Positions 28,721 through 42,554 of a stretch of 64,000 nt of DNA are shown piece by piece. The position numbers and the translations under genes were made by a program. The stretch comes from Octopus vulgaris (Eukaryota): NCBI GenBank assembly GCA_951406725.2, contig OX597819.1, positions 61,380,001-61,444,000 on the forward strand. The letters are read 5' to 3'. Numbering within the stretch: position 1 is the stretch's first letter; the number at the start of each line of letters is the position of its first letter. Below the pieces are notes generated by a model that saw only the letters and a program-made list of their open reading frames with translations, was not told where the DNA came from and made no database searches.

Positions 28721-30346
28721 GCTAAACACAGAGGGAACAAACAAGGACAGACAAACGGATTAAGTCGATTATATCGACCCCGAAAGGACGAAAGGCAAAG
28801 TCGACCTCGGCGGAATTTGAACTTAGAATGTAGCGGCAGACAAAATACGGCTAAGCACTTCACCCGGCGTGCTAACGTTTCTGCCAGCTCGCTGCTTTAA
28901 AAGTATTGTTTATAGCCACATGAATATGACTCCGATGTTACTACTGTGTTAACCCCCAGGAAAAGCCTCGTCTAGCTGGTTATCGATACAATCCGCACCC
29001 GGTATATATTGCAAGCAGGGGAGCGAACCCCTACCTTCTTCCAGTAGACGACGGGACCATCAGACCGAACGGTTTCAGGCTATTTCCTCCCATTTTCAGT
29101 GGTGAACACTCAGCTGCTAGAGACCGCAGGATTTCGCCCCAGCTCGCGATATATAGAAAACTAAGCGACAATCAATCACTGACCTTGCAACAAACAATGG
29201 ACGATCTAAATGTCCAGAAAACGAAATGTGAAAATAAACGAAGACATGGAATCACATTATGTTGAGCTTATCAAAGACAGGATGCGCATTAATGTAAAGG
29301 AAATGTTATAATTTAACAGCAACCAACACATTGGCCCTTTCTGATTTGCTCTGAGATCCGAACTACACATGATCTCTTTTAGGGCGTTAGATCTTCTTAA
29401 CATCTGAGTAAAGATGACAAAACACAAAGAACTCTGACTTAATCTAGATGGATAGACTTTAATGAGACTTTGATTTAATTATTGTTTTTCATGAAACTTT
29501 GTACATATTCTATATTTTATTTATCAAATGATTGACTAATCTTATCCTCCTGCTTTTATAAAACATTTTCTCCTAGATGTACAGTGATCCTATTGTTTTT
29601 AACGTTTATTGTATCTTCGTATCCTTGTAGCAAATAAATCATTAGTATTATTCGACGTGTCTCAGATTTGGTCGTATTCCTTGTAGAATTTATGCGAGTG
29701 GAGAGTTACTCCCTGTAACTTTAGGAGATGCTTAATACTTTTGCTTCCTTTTCCGCAGATCTTGCGCTTGCTCTCTAACTGAGTTTTATCAATCCTAGTC
29801 TTCAAGTTCGTTCTTAAGGCTTGTTTCTGAGCGGTTATAATCAGTGATTCAGTTTCTATTTTCTATTATCGTCCTCAGTTTGCTGTATGAATTACCAATG
29901 TTATTTCTGAAATAAAGAAAGGAGACTATATTTTCACACTTTCCAATGACTCACTTCTGCATTTTATTCCTCTTTCTGTAGTCTTATTGCTTAAAAAAAG
30001 AAAAATAAACCTTTTTATCATCTCAGTAACCCTAAGTCTCTTTAGGCCACCAAAAGCCAACAGTGTGGCACATTATCGTAGGCTTTCTTGTTGTCCATCC
30101 AACCAACCATTTATTTCTTATTTGTTCATCGCTTACTATCATGCAATCGATATACAACAGATCAACAGTACTCCTCGACTTCGTTCTGCATCCCTTTTAC
30201 TCCTCTCCTAATAGATTTTCCTCTTCCTGGATAGTATATCATTCATTCATACATTCATTCATGTTATTGATGTTGTTGTTGTTGTTGTTGTTGTTGTTCT
30301 TCTTCTTCTTCTTCTTCTTCTTCTTCTTCTTCTTCTTCTTCTTCTT

Positions 30347-30379
<33 letters not shown>

Positions 30380-30461
30380 ATTATTATTAGTCAAGAACTG
30401 ACTATCAGATAACGTGAGTATAAACAGATGTATTGAAACAAATTCGGAAATCAATCACAGT

Positions 30462-31105
30462 TTAATTATCTAGAACTTCTAGATATACGATGTCTTGAGT
30501 GTTTCCTTTAATTAGTGTATAAATGAAAAGATTTTGGGGACTTCCAACTCGCGAACATTCTATATAATTGCCCATGAGAGAAGCAAAGTGAAGTCCAACA
30601 ACCTTCAGAGACTGTCCTTGAGATTTGTTTATTGGCATAGCGAAACTTAGTTTCACTGGGAACTGGAACCGTTTAAATTCAAAGGGGAGGTCATATGGGA
30701 TTAACAGGATCCGTGGAATGAAGACATCCTCACTCTTATAGTTCCCGGTTATAACTGTTATCTCTAGGACATGGGATCGCATAGCTTTCATCATTACTCT
30801 GGTGCAATTGCACAGACGAGGTGAATCCAGATTCCTGGGTGACATGATTGGGGCCCCTTTTTTAAGTGTTAAGTGGTGAGGTAGTATCCCAGATAACTGT
30901 AGAGAGTTCAAGAATTCAGTTGGAGAAACTACAGCCTGGTCCTGATCAGTGACAGTGTCGAGGGATTTGAAAGACTGTTCTTATCCAGGCAACAGCTGCA
31001 AGAGATCCCAATTAATTTTGTTGACGGGAACATTACGTGGAGCTAAGATGACTCGCTCACAGAGCCGTTGACTGTTGCTAAAGTTTTGTGCAATGTTTGG
31101 GAGCA
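30462..31105 (-). pseudogene. Helitron PIF1-type helicase C-terminal fragment
   Basis: ERVILAPRN..., EFLNSLQLSGILPHHLTLKKGAPIM..RNL...LCN, VFIPRI, FKRFQFPVKLSFAMPINKSQGQSL, SRV. Contains a stop and deletions. Confidence 0.88.
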
Positions 31106-31127
31106 CATGATATAATGATGTATACGT

Positions 31128-31187
<60 letters not shown>

Positions 31188-31643
31188 AGCTATTTAGGGC
31201 GCCAAAGACAGGAAGTTCAAACACAGGAAACTGAGAAACCAATTTTCATAAAAATAAATAATATTGCTCGGGCTTTTGTCGGCCCGAGGCTATAGTAGAA
31301 GACACTTGCCCAAGGTGCCACGCAGTGGGACTGAACCCGGATCCATGTGGTCGGTAAGCAAGCTACTTACCACACAGCCACTCCTGCGCCTTATTTGCCA
31401 AAGTATTGTTTGAAGAACCACAAAGTAAAGAATGTACAATGGTTGGCATAGAAAACTAGAATTGTTGGTGCCTCTCGGTAACTTATATCTCTTTATTTTC
31501 TTTAAAAGCTATAAAAAAGTAGCCAGAACAAAGGCGTTACGAGTATATTTTCCTGTGTAGCCCTGAATTATCACGTTCTGATCCACATATACATACATGT
31601 ACAATATGAAATCACTCACACACAAACACACGCACGTGCTCTC

Positions 31644-31676
<33 letters not shown>

Positions 31677-32053
31677 CATATATACATACACACACAGCTA
31701 TACATTTACACACGTGCACGTACACTAACATATGTGAATGCGAATTTGGACACTCCTAGTTATAAAATGAATTTTGGACAATCCTTGAGATCATTATCAA
31801 ATTTATCCACTTTCCGGTGAATGTGATTCTCAGAATATTGTGTATATGTTTGTATGGTATTTCCCCAACCAACGAGGCACTTGACTACACTTACAAACAT
31901 AAACATATATACATTTACTCAAATGCGGAAATTAGTCCAACAGAAGATCGTCGGAGGGACGAAGTAACGGCTATTGCGGAGTTCATTGAGGCAAACATAT
32001 CTTGAGTATCACCCAACGCTGATTTCTTCATTTCATTATCGGACGCACAAATA

Positions 32054-32120
32054 ATGGCTTTGCAACCTGTTGCTCTCTGTCTTATCTTGACCCACGCTGT
32101 GCTGTTGGATAATTCTCAAG
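32054..32120 (+). CDS. Gene 1, coding exon 1 (signal peptide)
   Basis: MALQPVALCLILTHAVLLDNSQ plus one G, followed by donor AAG|GTAAAT. Phase 1. Confidence 0.65.
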
Positions 32121-32867
32121 GTAAATGCCATCGCTAATCCATGTTGTAGTTGTTGTTTCCTAGCTCCTGTATATGTTATATGTATATGTATATGTTTCGT
32201 AGCTACTGTATATGTTTCCTAACTACTGTATATATGTTTGTCCTCCTTTTCGGTGCCATTAACACTAACACGTTAACTGCCACAATTACCACCAGCGTTT
32301 GATTGCTAACTTCACACAACTGCCATATTCCCCACCGGTTGTTTACTTTCATAATTTGAGAAAATATTTTAGTCTGTATCTTTGACATGGTTTCGAGAAT
32401 AGTTAAATAACATGAGTGCTAAATATTAAAGTTTAATTATGAAATATTGTAAAAATTCTTAAAAATTACATTTCTGTGCAATTAAGCAATATGCTATGTA
32501 GCCGGAAGCAATTTTTTCCCACAAGAGTTCCGGACCCCAGTTAAGAACTCGTTTGCATACAGCCAATCAGACCTCAACTATCAAACTTGTGCCCACCTAG
32601 TCATGAGAATACTCTGGTTAAATTATGTGGAAAATGTGCGTTATAGCAAAATCTAACAGTTTTAAACGGGTTAATAGGGGTGACAAATGTGAAATTTAGT
32701 GTATAAAGTGAATGAAGTGCTGCTCGTGGACGCTGCTCATGGATGAAGTGTTGCCAGTTTGCGTAATTTACTAGAAAATGTAAATGAGTGTAGGTTCCTA
32801 ATTTTTTGACTGATTTTGTACATTCCTAACATAAAATGTTGGTGTTGATCTGGAAACATCGTAATCA

Positions 32868-33021
32868 GGAGTGGTTGTGTGGTAAGTAGCTTGCTTACCA
32901 ACCACATGGTTCCGGGTTCAGTCTTACTGCGTGGCACCTTGGGCAAGTGTCTTCTACTATAGCCTCGAGCCGACCAAAGCCTTGTGAGTGGATTTAGTAG
33001 GCGGAAACTGAAAGAAGCCCG

Positions 33022-33100
<79 letters not shown>

Positions 33101-33291
33101 TGTGTTTGTCCCCCAACATCGCTTGACAACCGATGCTGGTGTGTTTACGTCCCCGTCACTTAGCGGTTCGGCAAGAGAGACCGATAGAATAAGTACTAGG
33201 CTTACAAAGAATAAGTTCTGTTGTCGATTTGCTCGACTAAAGGCGGTGCTCCAGCATGGCCGCAGTCAAATGACTGAAACAAGTAAAAGAA
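32868..33291 (+). mobile_element. SINE family A, near-complete reference copy
   Basis: Head, internal (TA)n(TG)n, and tail GGCGGTGCTCCAGCATGGCCGCAGTCAAATGACTGAAACAAGTAAAAGA. Confidence 0.88.
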
Positions 33292-33652
33292 TATGGTGTT
33301 GTGTCGTACTGCGGGTACCTGCAGTATCACTAATCTCAGTCTGAGCATAGATACCTAGTGTTAGCTCCATTCAGAGATGGTGCTCAATTAATCTATGAGG
33401 ATGGAGGTGGGGGTGGAATGTGGAACTTATGTAAGACCTGCTATGCTGTACTCACAGATTGCATTACACAATTCTATGCCTGACTGGCTGTACTATAGTA
33501 CACAGTATGTGGATTTTCAAGGTGAGTTCTGATTGGCTGTATGCAATTAAAAAATTTCGCTAGCCAGAAATACTCGACGTCATCGGTAAGGTTCAGTAAC
33601 AGGCCGTGGTGGTTAACGTGTTAATTTTATTGGCATTGCTATACTAATATCG

Positions 33653-33930
33653 TGGAGGCGCAATAACCCGGAGGATCGCGGTTTCGATTCTCAGACCGGG
33701 CGTTGTGTGTGTTTATTGAGCGAAAATACCTAAAAGCTCCACGAGGCTCCGGCAGGGGGTGGTGACGACTCCTGTTGTGCTCTTTCGCCACAACTTTCTC
33801 TCACTCTCTCTTCCTGTTTCTTGAGTAACGCTGCGATGGGTTGGCGTCCCGTCAAGCTGGGGGGAACACATACGCCACAGAAACCAGGAAACCGGGCCCA
33901 TGAGCCTGGCTAGGCTTGAAAAGGGCGACG
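33653..33930 (+). mobile_element. SINE family C
   Basis: Similar to 3606-3908. Confidence 0.7.
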
Positions 33931-34203
33931 TTTATCGTATACTAATATCTTTTGTGAATCTTGAGTATGAGTCACTAATTATTAGTACTATTTTTGACTC
34001 TGAGCCTTGTGGTAAGTGTTGGAGGTTAAGTGTTCAGCTTCTGATAAACTGAAACCAAAACACAGTTTCAAATCTTTATTGGAAGCATTTAGCTTACATT
34101 ACTAACATCCTTGAAAATCTCCAAAGTACATCCCCCAAATATACAGATTTTATGGCTAGTCCAAGAAACTGATGTTAATGTTATTATTAATCTACATATT
34201 GTG

Positions 34204-34520
34204 AGGGCGCGTGGCTTAGTGGTCAGGGCATTCGGCTCATGATCGTAAGGTCATGAGTTCAATTCCCGGCGACACATTGTGTCCCTGAGCAAAACACTTC
34301 ATTTCACATTGCTCCAGTCCACTCAGCTGGCAAAAATGAGTAGTATCTGTATTTCAAAGAGCCAGCCTTGTCACACTCTGTGTCACGCTGAATCTCCATG
34401 AGAACTATGTTAAGGACAAATGTGACTGTGGAGTGCTCAGCCAGTTGCTCGTTAATTTCTCGAGCAAGCTGTTGATCGTATCAGCTGAGACCCTCGTCGT
34501 CGTAACCGACGGAATGCTCC
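34204..34520 (+). mobile_element. tRNA-derived SINE related to family C (other copies ~45160, 46415 on the minus strand, 49655)
   Basis: GGCGCGTGGCTTAGTGGT...GAGTTCAATTCCC...CTGAGCAAAACACTT...GCTCCAGTCCACTCAGCTGGCAAAAATGAGTA. Confidence 0.7.
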
Positions 34521-34921
34521 TTATTACTATATAACAGTGAGCTAGCAGAACAGTTAGAGCGTCGGAAAGAGAAGGTGCTTAGCGGTATTCCTTCTGGTTC
34601 TTTACATTCTGAGTTCAAATCCAGAATCGTTAAAAGTATATCAATTTGGGTGGCGGTTTAGCGGAGTTGTTAGAGGGTGGAGCAAGATATCATGCAGTAT
34701 CCATTCCAGCTCTATGCGTTCTGATAGCAACGTTTACGGCGACATTGGTGCCTGCTCTATCAGCTCAAGTTGGCCGCCTTTTCATTGGATAAATATCAAT
34801 GGTGAGAAAAGGAGAGATTTGCATGCTTTCGTAACCGACAGCCGTCCTCCAAAATAACACAAAGACAAAAAACCCCAAAAGACAGACACCACCGAGGCCT
34901 GCACTTATATTTTTTATGTTT

Positions 34922-35128
34922 TCTTTTACATGTTTCAGTCATTAGACAGCGGCCATGCTGGAGCACCGCTTAGAAGAATTTCTAGTCAAAGGAATCGACT
35001 CCGGTACCTATTTGCTGTTAAGCTTGGTACTTACAGGAACGTAAACAAAGCAACACCTGTTGTCAAGTGATGGCCCGTGGGGTGGGGTGGGACAAACACA
35101 CACACATACACACACACATACACACACG

Positions 35129-35179
<51 letters not shown>

Positions 35180-35361
35180 ACATGTGTTTATATATATATA
35201 TATATATATATACATATGATAGGATTGTTTCAGTCTTCGTTTGTTAAATCCACTCACAAGGTTTTGGCTGGCCCGAGGCTGCAGTAGAAGACACGTGGGA
35301 CTGAACCTGGAACCATGCAGTTGGGAAGCAAGTTTCTTACCACACAGCCACGCCTGCGCCT
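34922..35361 (-). mobile_element. SINE family A, diverged
   Basis: Matches the family head and tail. Confidence 0.75.
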
Positions 35362-35584
35362 AGTATGTGAAAATACATAGTCAACACTGACCCAACATCT
35401 TCGCATGGAAGTCCTCATTAGACTGTAAAGATGTCTGCTACAAATCTGTTTCACTTGTCAGTATTTTAAGAGTTTCCGTTTTATTTGCAGTAACAAGCGA
35501 TTGCTGATCCCGAATATGCTTGTATTTCATGAAAGCATTTATTTCAAACACAATACTATATGCTTTAACTTCCTCGTTATATTA

Positions 35585-36015
35585 AGGCGGCGAGTTGGCA
35601 GAAACGTTAACACGCCGGGTGAAAATGCTTAGCGATATTTCGTCTGTCTTTTCGTTCTGGGTCCAAATTCCGTCGAGGTCGACTTTGCCTTTCATCCTTT
35701 CGGGGTCGATAAATTAAGTACCACTTACGCACTGGGGTCGATGTAATCGACTTAATTCCTTTGTCTGTCCTTGTTTGTCCCCTCTATGTTTAGCTCCTTG
35801 TGGGCAGTAAAGAAATAAGAAACGTTAGCAAGCCGGGCGAAATGCTTAGCGATATTTCGTCTGTCTTTACGTTCTGGGTCTAAATTCCGCCAAGGTCGAC
35901 TTTGCCTTTCATCCTTTCGAAGTTGATAAATTAAGTACCGGTTGTGTACTGGGGTCGATCTAATTGGCTGGCCCTCTCCCCGCAAATTTCGGGCCTTGTT
36001 CCTAGAGTAGAAACG
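35585..36015 (+). mobile_element. SINE family B, two tandem copies with different tails
   Basis: Two cores. The second ends in the GGCCTTGTTCCTAGAGTAGAAA-type tail also seen at 47730. Confidence 0.75.
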
Positions 36016-36585
36016 AATTTTCTTTTTATATAACTTTTTTAGTTTGAGCAGGGTTAGATAAAATTGCGCCGAATGTCTAATACATTATATAACAAACTTT
36101 TTCCTTTATTTTTAATTCACAATTAAAAATTATTTAAATGTATCAAATGGCATTATTTTGCTTCTAGGAATAAATCTTTCAAAAAGAATGCTGGTATCTA
36201 TTTGCTATTGAGATATCTGTACACACACACACACACACACACACAGATGCATGCATACATATACGCGCACACACGTACACGCACGAACACACACTCGCAC
36301 ACACAAATATACATTTATAGCCACTCTTTTTCCAGAGGACATGGCCCTCGGTAAAGGTTTCGAAGTATGACTTCAAATGACTTGAGCTATACTTATTTGT
36401 GTATGTGTGTGTCTATAAGTGTGTGCGCGCGTGCGTGTTTATTTTTTTCTCAATGGTATGTCGTCAATTGGAGAATTCCTGCATCTTCTCGTTTGGAAAT
36501 GGCGGAAATATTTTCAAAAACTTAAATATTTATTTCGCATGTTATTTGATACGCCCTTATTCGCCTTTGTTGTCCATGCCACAAG

Positions 36586-36744
36586 GGTGGCTGCGTGGTA
36601 AGAAACCAGACGGTTTCGGGTTCAGTCTCACTGCCTGGCACCTTGGGTAAGTGTCTCGTACTATAACCTCGGGTCAACGAAAGCCTTGTGAGTGGATTTG
36701 GTAGATGGACGCTGGAAGAAGCCCTTCGTATATGTAGGTCTGTC

Positions 36745-36775
<31 letters not shown>

Positions 36776-36936
36776 GCGCGCGTGCATGTCTTTGCGTCTG
36801 TGTTTGTCTCCTGCCATCGTGTGACAACCGGTGTTGGTTTGTTTACGTTCACGAAATGTAGCGGCTCGGCAAAAGGGACCGACAGAATAAATTCCAGGCT
36901 AAAATTCTAAGGCGGTACCCCAGTATGGCCGCAGTC
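36586..36936 (+). mobile_element. SINE family A, interrupted at its 3' hairpin by a foldback element
   Basis: The tail stops at GGCCGCAGTC, the target site of the next feature. Confidence 0.75.
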
Positions 36937-37557
36937 GGATCTTTTCCTTTTGAACGGCAGACAATTTCTAGTTACTAAACACTTTAAAACTTCGTATACT
37001 GGTAGAATGTGTCAAAATAAAACATTTTTTTTGTCTTGGCTTTCTTGAGAAAATTGTAATTTGTTTGTTTAAAGTAGTTTAATTTTTCGAATTTTAACCA
37101 ATCCTATGCTCTCTTTTGAGCTAAAATCATTTGCTGCGTCTAAAACTGAGACAACATCCTGTAACTAACCCTAAACCTCCCCCCTAACCCTAATTTTTTT
37201 TCTTAATTGTTAAATTAATTTAATAGTTACGTGTGTAAAAAAAAGCTAAAGCAATGGAATTAAATTAATTTAACAATTAAGAAAAAAATAGGGTTAGTGG
37301 GGAGGTTTAGGGTTAGTTACAGGATGTTGTCTTAGTTTTAGACGCAGCAAATGATTTTAGTTGAATGGAGGTAATCGATTTAAAATTGCCGAAATGCTCG
37401 GATTTTCAGACGAAATATCTTACAAACTATAGAATTTTCTCAATAAAACCAAGAGAAAATTATGTTTTATAAACACTTTCCATCAGTATACGAAGTTTAA
37501 AAGTGTTTAGTTAACTAGAAATTGTGTTGACATCTGCCGTTCAAAAGGAAAAGATCC
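36937..37557. mobile_element. Foldback MITE with 8-bp TSD
   Basis: Ends GGATCTTTTCCTTTTGAACGGCAG and CTGCCGTTCAAAAGGAAAAGATCC. TSD CCGCAGTC at 36929-36936 and 37558-37565. Arms are complementary almost to the centre. Partial copy at ~45581-45730. Confidence 0.9.
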
Positions 37558-38480
37558 CCGCAGTCTACTACTGGTCACATGAAGTTACTTGCCTTAGCTT
37601 CCTTTCATTTCATATTCATGTGCGTATGCGTTGTGTGAGCGCGCGTGTGTGTGTGTGTGGTTGTGTGTGTGTGTTGTCAAAAGAAATTGTACTGTCAAAG
37701 GTGATGCTGTTTCTCTTCATGTCGGTCATTCAATCCAAAGGATTGTCACCTCGGATATTTAAAGAAGTCCTTGAGTGTTTTAGTTATAATTCAGCATGAT
37801 CATGTCGGAAGCGGGGATCAAACTGATGAACATCTTTCGAAATTGTCCTATATCGGTTCCCGTTTATACCTGTAGTTGTACGAACATCAAACACGGGAGT
37901 GTTGTTTACAAAATAGAAGAGAGGGGCGGCAAAAAGACCCACTTCAAAAAAAGACTTGTTATCTTCAAGTACGGATACATGATAATACAATTGTCTTTAT
38001 CTTCCATGTAACAGACATTTTCTTTTTCCCGTGAGAAAATTTTTTTTATTATTTCTGGATGCAGTAAAATGTTTTGAGTTAAACAGCAGTAACAATAACA
38101 ATAACAACAACAATTTCTACTAGAAATAATCCTTTCTAATGTTGGCACAGAGCCAGCAATTTTGAGGTGGGGGTGGGGGATGGGAGTCGATTACATCGAC
38201 TCTTTTACTTAAAGAGGAAAAGCAAAATCGACCTCGGTGGAATTTAAACTTAGAACGTAAAGCCGGAAGAAAGGCCGCGAAGTATTTTGTCCGGCATGCT
38301 AACAATTCTGCCAGCTTGCCGCTTCAATAATAATAATTATTTATTTCAAATTTTTGCTTCAAGGGCAGCTTGGGATGACTAGTGTTCAACTGGTACTCAT
38401 TTTATCGAACGGGAAAGGATGAAAGGCTAAGTCGACCTCAGCGGAATTTGAACTCAGAACGTAGTGACGGACGGAATACC

Positions 38481-38526
<46 letters not shown>

Positions 38527-38559
38527 TAATAATAATAATGATAATGATGATGATGATAA

Positions 38560-39960
38560 AATACCCTGATGCAGTACACTTCCCTCTCCACCCTCACTTT
38601 CCTTTTCAAGTGGAACTTGAAGAATTTGATGAGGGTTTGGCCAAAGAGGGAAGTGTCTGACTTTAGTCCTTTCAAACGAGTCCACCATACAACCGCTTTC
38701 GCTACAGCCACCAGACATATAAAAATTGCCTAAAAGTTTGTGGGAGGATGTAACTTCAAAAGTCAACAATGCTAGGGTGCGTGCAGAACGGCTTCTTTCC
38801 CTGCGTGCGTACTGGGCAGGCCCAGCTGACAGCACTTCCATTTCTGTTGAGTTTACCTCGAACCAGCAATGCCTCTCTCCCACCTTCTTTAGTACTACCA
38901 GGTCAGGGATTTCTGGAAGTTACCCATTGTCCCCGTTCGAAAGTCCCCCGAAACCGACCTCTCGGTTGATTTTCATCGATGCTCGGATTTTGCTCGTGAA
39001 CGCTGTCCCTTTTTTCTGTTATTAATCCTCTTTAGATTATCAACGTGAAACTTCCACCGACTGCATCGCCTGACTGAAAGACGGCTGTGAGTGCTTGACG
39101 ATATTCCAGATGTTAAATTCCCTGTCTCGGTCTAAGTCTGTGAAACTGATGAGCTGTTGAAAAACGCGTATGTGAAACACTTATGAGTCCACACTTATGA
39201 GTCCACACGTATGAGTCCACACTTATTTACTGTCAAGGAGTTGCCGGAGATGCCACAGTTTCAGCACATGCCTGTAAATGATAAGCCACGGTATGCCAAG
39301 TCCACCGCGCAAATGTCGGTGCAGATTTAATTTCCATGATAGGTTTGGTTGACAGCTGAATTCGTTCCACACATGATAACAGTTGTTCTACATAAACCCA
39401 GACATTAAACAAATGCGTGCTGAGTGAAGAATCACCCTGGGTGCAGTTTGGACAGGTTCTGCTGGTGGTGGCTGCAGCGCGATCATTTTCTGTAGAGTTT
39501 ATCCAGGACAAGCAATTATGCCCTTGTTGCACGGCCAGAATAAGGAATTTTGGAAATTGTCTATAATGTCCGTTCTGACTGAAAGTCAGAAGAGTCTACG
39601 AAAGCTGTCCTGGTCAAAATCGTCACTCAGATCCTTCACTAACTCACTATATAATGCGAGGAACTTCACCCTGAACATAGTCCAGTTGGAAGAGAGCAAT
39701 GGGCGCCTGGCAACGTTTCAAATGCCATAGGTTAAACCTTGTTCTGCTCTGGATTCAGAACTGCAGCTCGGTTAGAAAGATGAGCTGCAGAAAAGAGTGT
39801 TACACGAAAAGTAATCACACAATAACCTTATGTTAATGAAATATGCGTAAGATGATGTAACTAATGTTTTATAAACCAATTCTCGGGCAGAAAGACTCGA
39901 AGCAGATCTGGAGTAGAAAGGACATGTCATTGATGTGGTCACGAATTGAGACATAACGGC
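38560..39960 (-). mobile_element. Decayed L1/Tx1-like ORF2 C-terminal relics
   Basis: Fragments RTCPNC...WVYVEQLLS and AVAKAVVWWTRLKG...FFKFHLKRKVRVER resemble the cysteine-rich C-terminus of L1/Tx1 ORF2. Confidence 0.45.
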
Positions 39961-40594
39961 TTTGATAAACCTAGCAGAGTGATTGATTGACCGAACAATT
40001 AATCAAACAATTGATTTTTTAATTGATTAAATGGTTAATTAATTGACAAAAAAAAATAATAAAAGAAGTGAAACAGAACCAGTGTGTGTGATCATTATGG
40101 GCATAATGACCCGTCCGAGATACAACAAAATGACATAACGAAATAGTAAAAAAATAGCACTATGCTATTAATAGAAGTCTGTTTAATATGATCACTGATG
40201 AGAAATGTCTTCATCTAAGCTTACTTAATTGTGTTTTATAATGAGGCCACAACCAGTCATCCCATGTCCCATACGCGCATTCCATTTTGCTTTCCATATC
40301 TTGGCAAAAGATTTCACAATTTCGTATCCACCCAAGAATGTGTTACTAATATGTTGCAGTATATGTGTGCGTGTGGGCGTGAATGTGTGTGAGGGTGTGT
40401 GTGTATACATAATTAAATATGTATGTATATATATATATGTAAGTATACATACACACATACATGTTCAGACATACATACATACATACATACATACATACAT
40501 ACATACATACGTACGTACGTACGTACGTACGTACGTACATACATACATACATACATACATACATACATACACGATTATGTGTTATTTGAATTTG

Positions 40595-40841
40595 TTCTTT
40601 TTCTTAATTTTTTTCCTTTTCCCCTTTCTTTTCCTATCTTTCTTTTCCTTTCTTTCTTTCTTCCTTCCTTCCTTTCTCTCTTTTTTCCATCCTTTCTTTT
40701 CCATTTTTCCTTTTGTTCGCTCATTCCTTTCTTTCCTTCTTCCTTCTTCCTTCCGTTCTTTCTTTCTTTCTTTCTTTCCTTCCTTCATTCTTTCTTTCTT
40801 TCTTTCCTTCCTTCCTTCCTTCCTTCTTCTCTTTCCGTCCT

Positions 40842-40893
<52 letters not shown>

Positions 40894-40910
40894 TCATTCT
40901 TCCTTTCTTT
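40595..40910. repeat. (TTTC)n/(TTCC)n polypyrimidine tract
   Basis: Directly visible. Confidence 0.9.
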
Positions 40911-41274
40911 GTATTTCAACCGTAAGTAATGCAATATACCGGGTTTCATCTCACTTTGCACAAGTGCTTTGTTCACGCGCGCGGGCGTTCGTATCTCCTA
41001 ATACTTTTTTGTTGAATATTTTCTTAAATACTTTCCTGTAAACTATTTTTAACATTTTCTTATTATTATCAAAGAATGTATATATGTATTTTAATACTTT
41101 TGTGACAACCAGTACTTAACACAACAAAGCTTTTACAAAGCTTTACATTTAACTTTTGACAATCTTTTTCTAAAAATGAGAAACCGGTCAAGTCAATAAA
41201 TATCTTTAAAATTGCATTTTCAAACCTTCTTTCATATATATTTCCACACGTGCGGTACCTTACAACTTCATTTT

Positions 41275-41365
<91 letters not shown>

Positions 41366-41514
41366 TATGTATGTATATATGTATATATATATGTATGTAT
41401 ATATGTATGTATATATGTATATATATGTATGTATATATGTATGTATATATGTATATATATATGTATATATATGTATGTATATGTATATGTATGTATATGT
41501 ATATATGTATATAT

Positions 41515-41602
41515 ACTTTGATACTTTTCGGCCATTATTGGCCCAGGCCATGTCTAACTTAATAGCACCACCTGGTAAAAAACTAAATCGCTGCGGGCAG
41601 GA
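41515..41602 (-). mobile_element. ~90-bp 3' tip of a family-3-related LINE inside a TA-rich array
   Basis: CCAGGTGGTGCTATTAAGTTAGACATGGCCTGGGCCAATAATGGCCGAAA, identical to the 3' end at ~17332-17381 but with different upstream sequence. Confidence 0.85.
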
Positions 41603-41996
41603 TATATATGTATGTATATGTATATATATGTATGTATATTTGTATATATATATGTATGTATATATGTATGTATATATGTACATATATGTATGTATATATA
41701 TGTATATATATATATATGTATATATGTATATATATGTATATATGAATATATATGTATATATACGTGTATGTATATATGTATGTATATATGTATATATATG
41801 TATGTATATATGTATATATATGTATGTATATATATGTATGTACATATATATATATACATATATATACATACATATATATACATATATATATGTATATATG
41901 TACATATATGTATGTATATATATGTATATGTATATATGTATATATATGTATATATGTATATATATGTATATATATATGTATGTATATATGTATGTA

Positions 41997-42390
41997 CTAG
42001 CAGTATCGCCCGGCGTTGCTCGGGTTTGTAAGGGAAATAATTATATAAGCATTTTTAGAGATGTAAAGTATAATAGCCATCTCAATATGGCTAACCACAA
42101 AGGGGGAGGGGTGTTACTGTAGCTTTTTACGTTCTGAGATTTAATAATAAATTTTAAAGAGTTACTTCCCTTATATATGTCAAAAATGGATTAAAAATGG
42201 GAAAAATTGATGGTAATTTTTTTTTAAATCGTAGACTCATCGTAGACGCGCGCTAATACCCAGACGGTCTCGATATGAATCACGACTATAAGATACCCGG
42301 TTTTGGTTAAACTGCACCGCAAAATGTGGGAGTAGTTAGGAATCTAAATCGTAGGAGACAGACACACAACCTCACTTTTATATATAAAGA
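41997..42390 (-). mobile_element. Non-autonomous Helitron
   Basis: On the minus strand A|TCTTTATATAT...hairpin CCCGAGCAACGCCGGG...CTAG|T. This gives canonical TC/CTAG ends and an AT insertion site. Confidence 0.75.
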
Positions 42391-42554
42391 TTTCCTCTAT
42401 TTACATAATATTGAGGTCTCTTTCTTTCTTTTGTTATCTTACTGTTTTTACCAATATACATATATATATATATATATACATATATATATAGTTACAGAGA
42501 TGTACTTGCATAGCAAGTGACTTGATCTGAGATCGTGTGCTGGAACGAAAACAG

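Noticed and set aside
37165-37320. Interstitial telomere
   Set aside because: Only a few CCCTAA-like units, symmetric within a TSD-bounded foldback element.
37784-38011. Short non-repetitive ORFs (also 47174-47498 and 52295-52546) as extra exons
   Set aside because: No recognisable motifs and no convincing phase-compatible splice sites.
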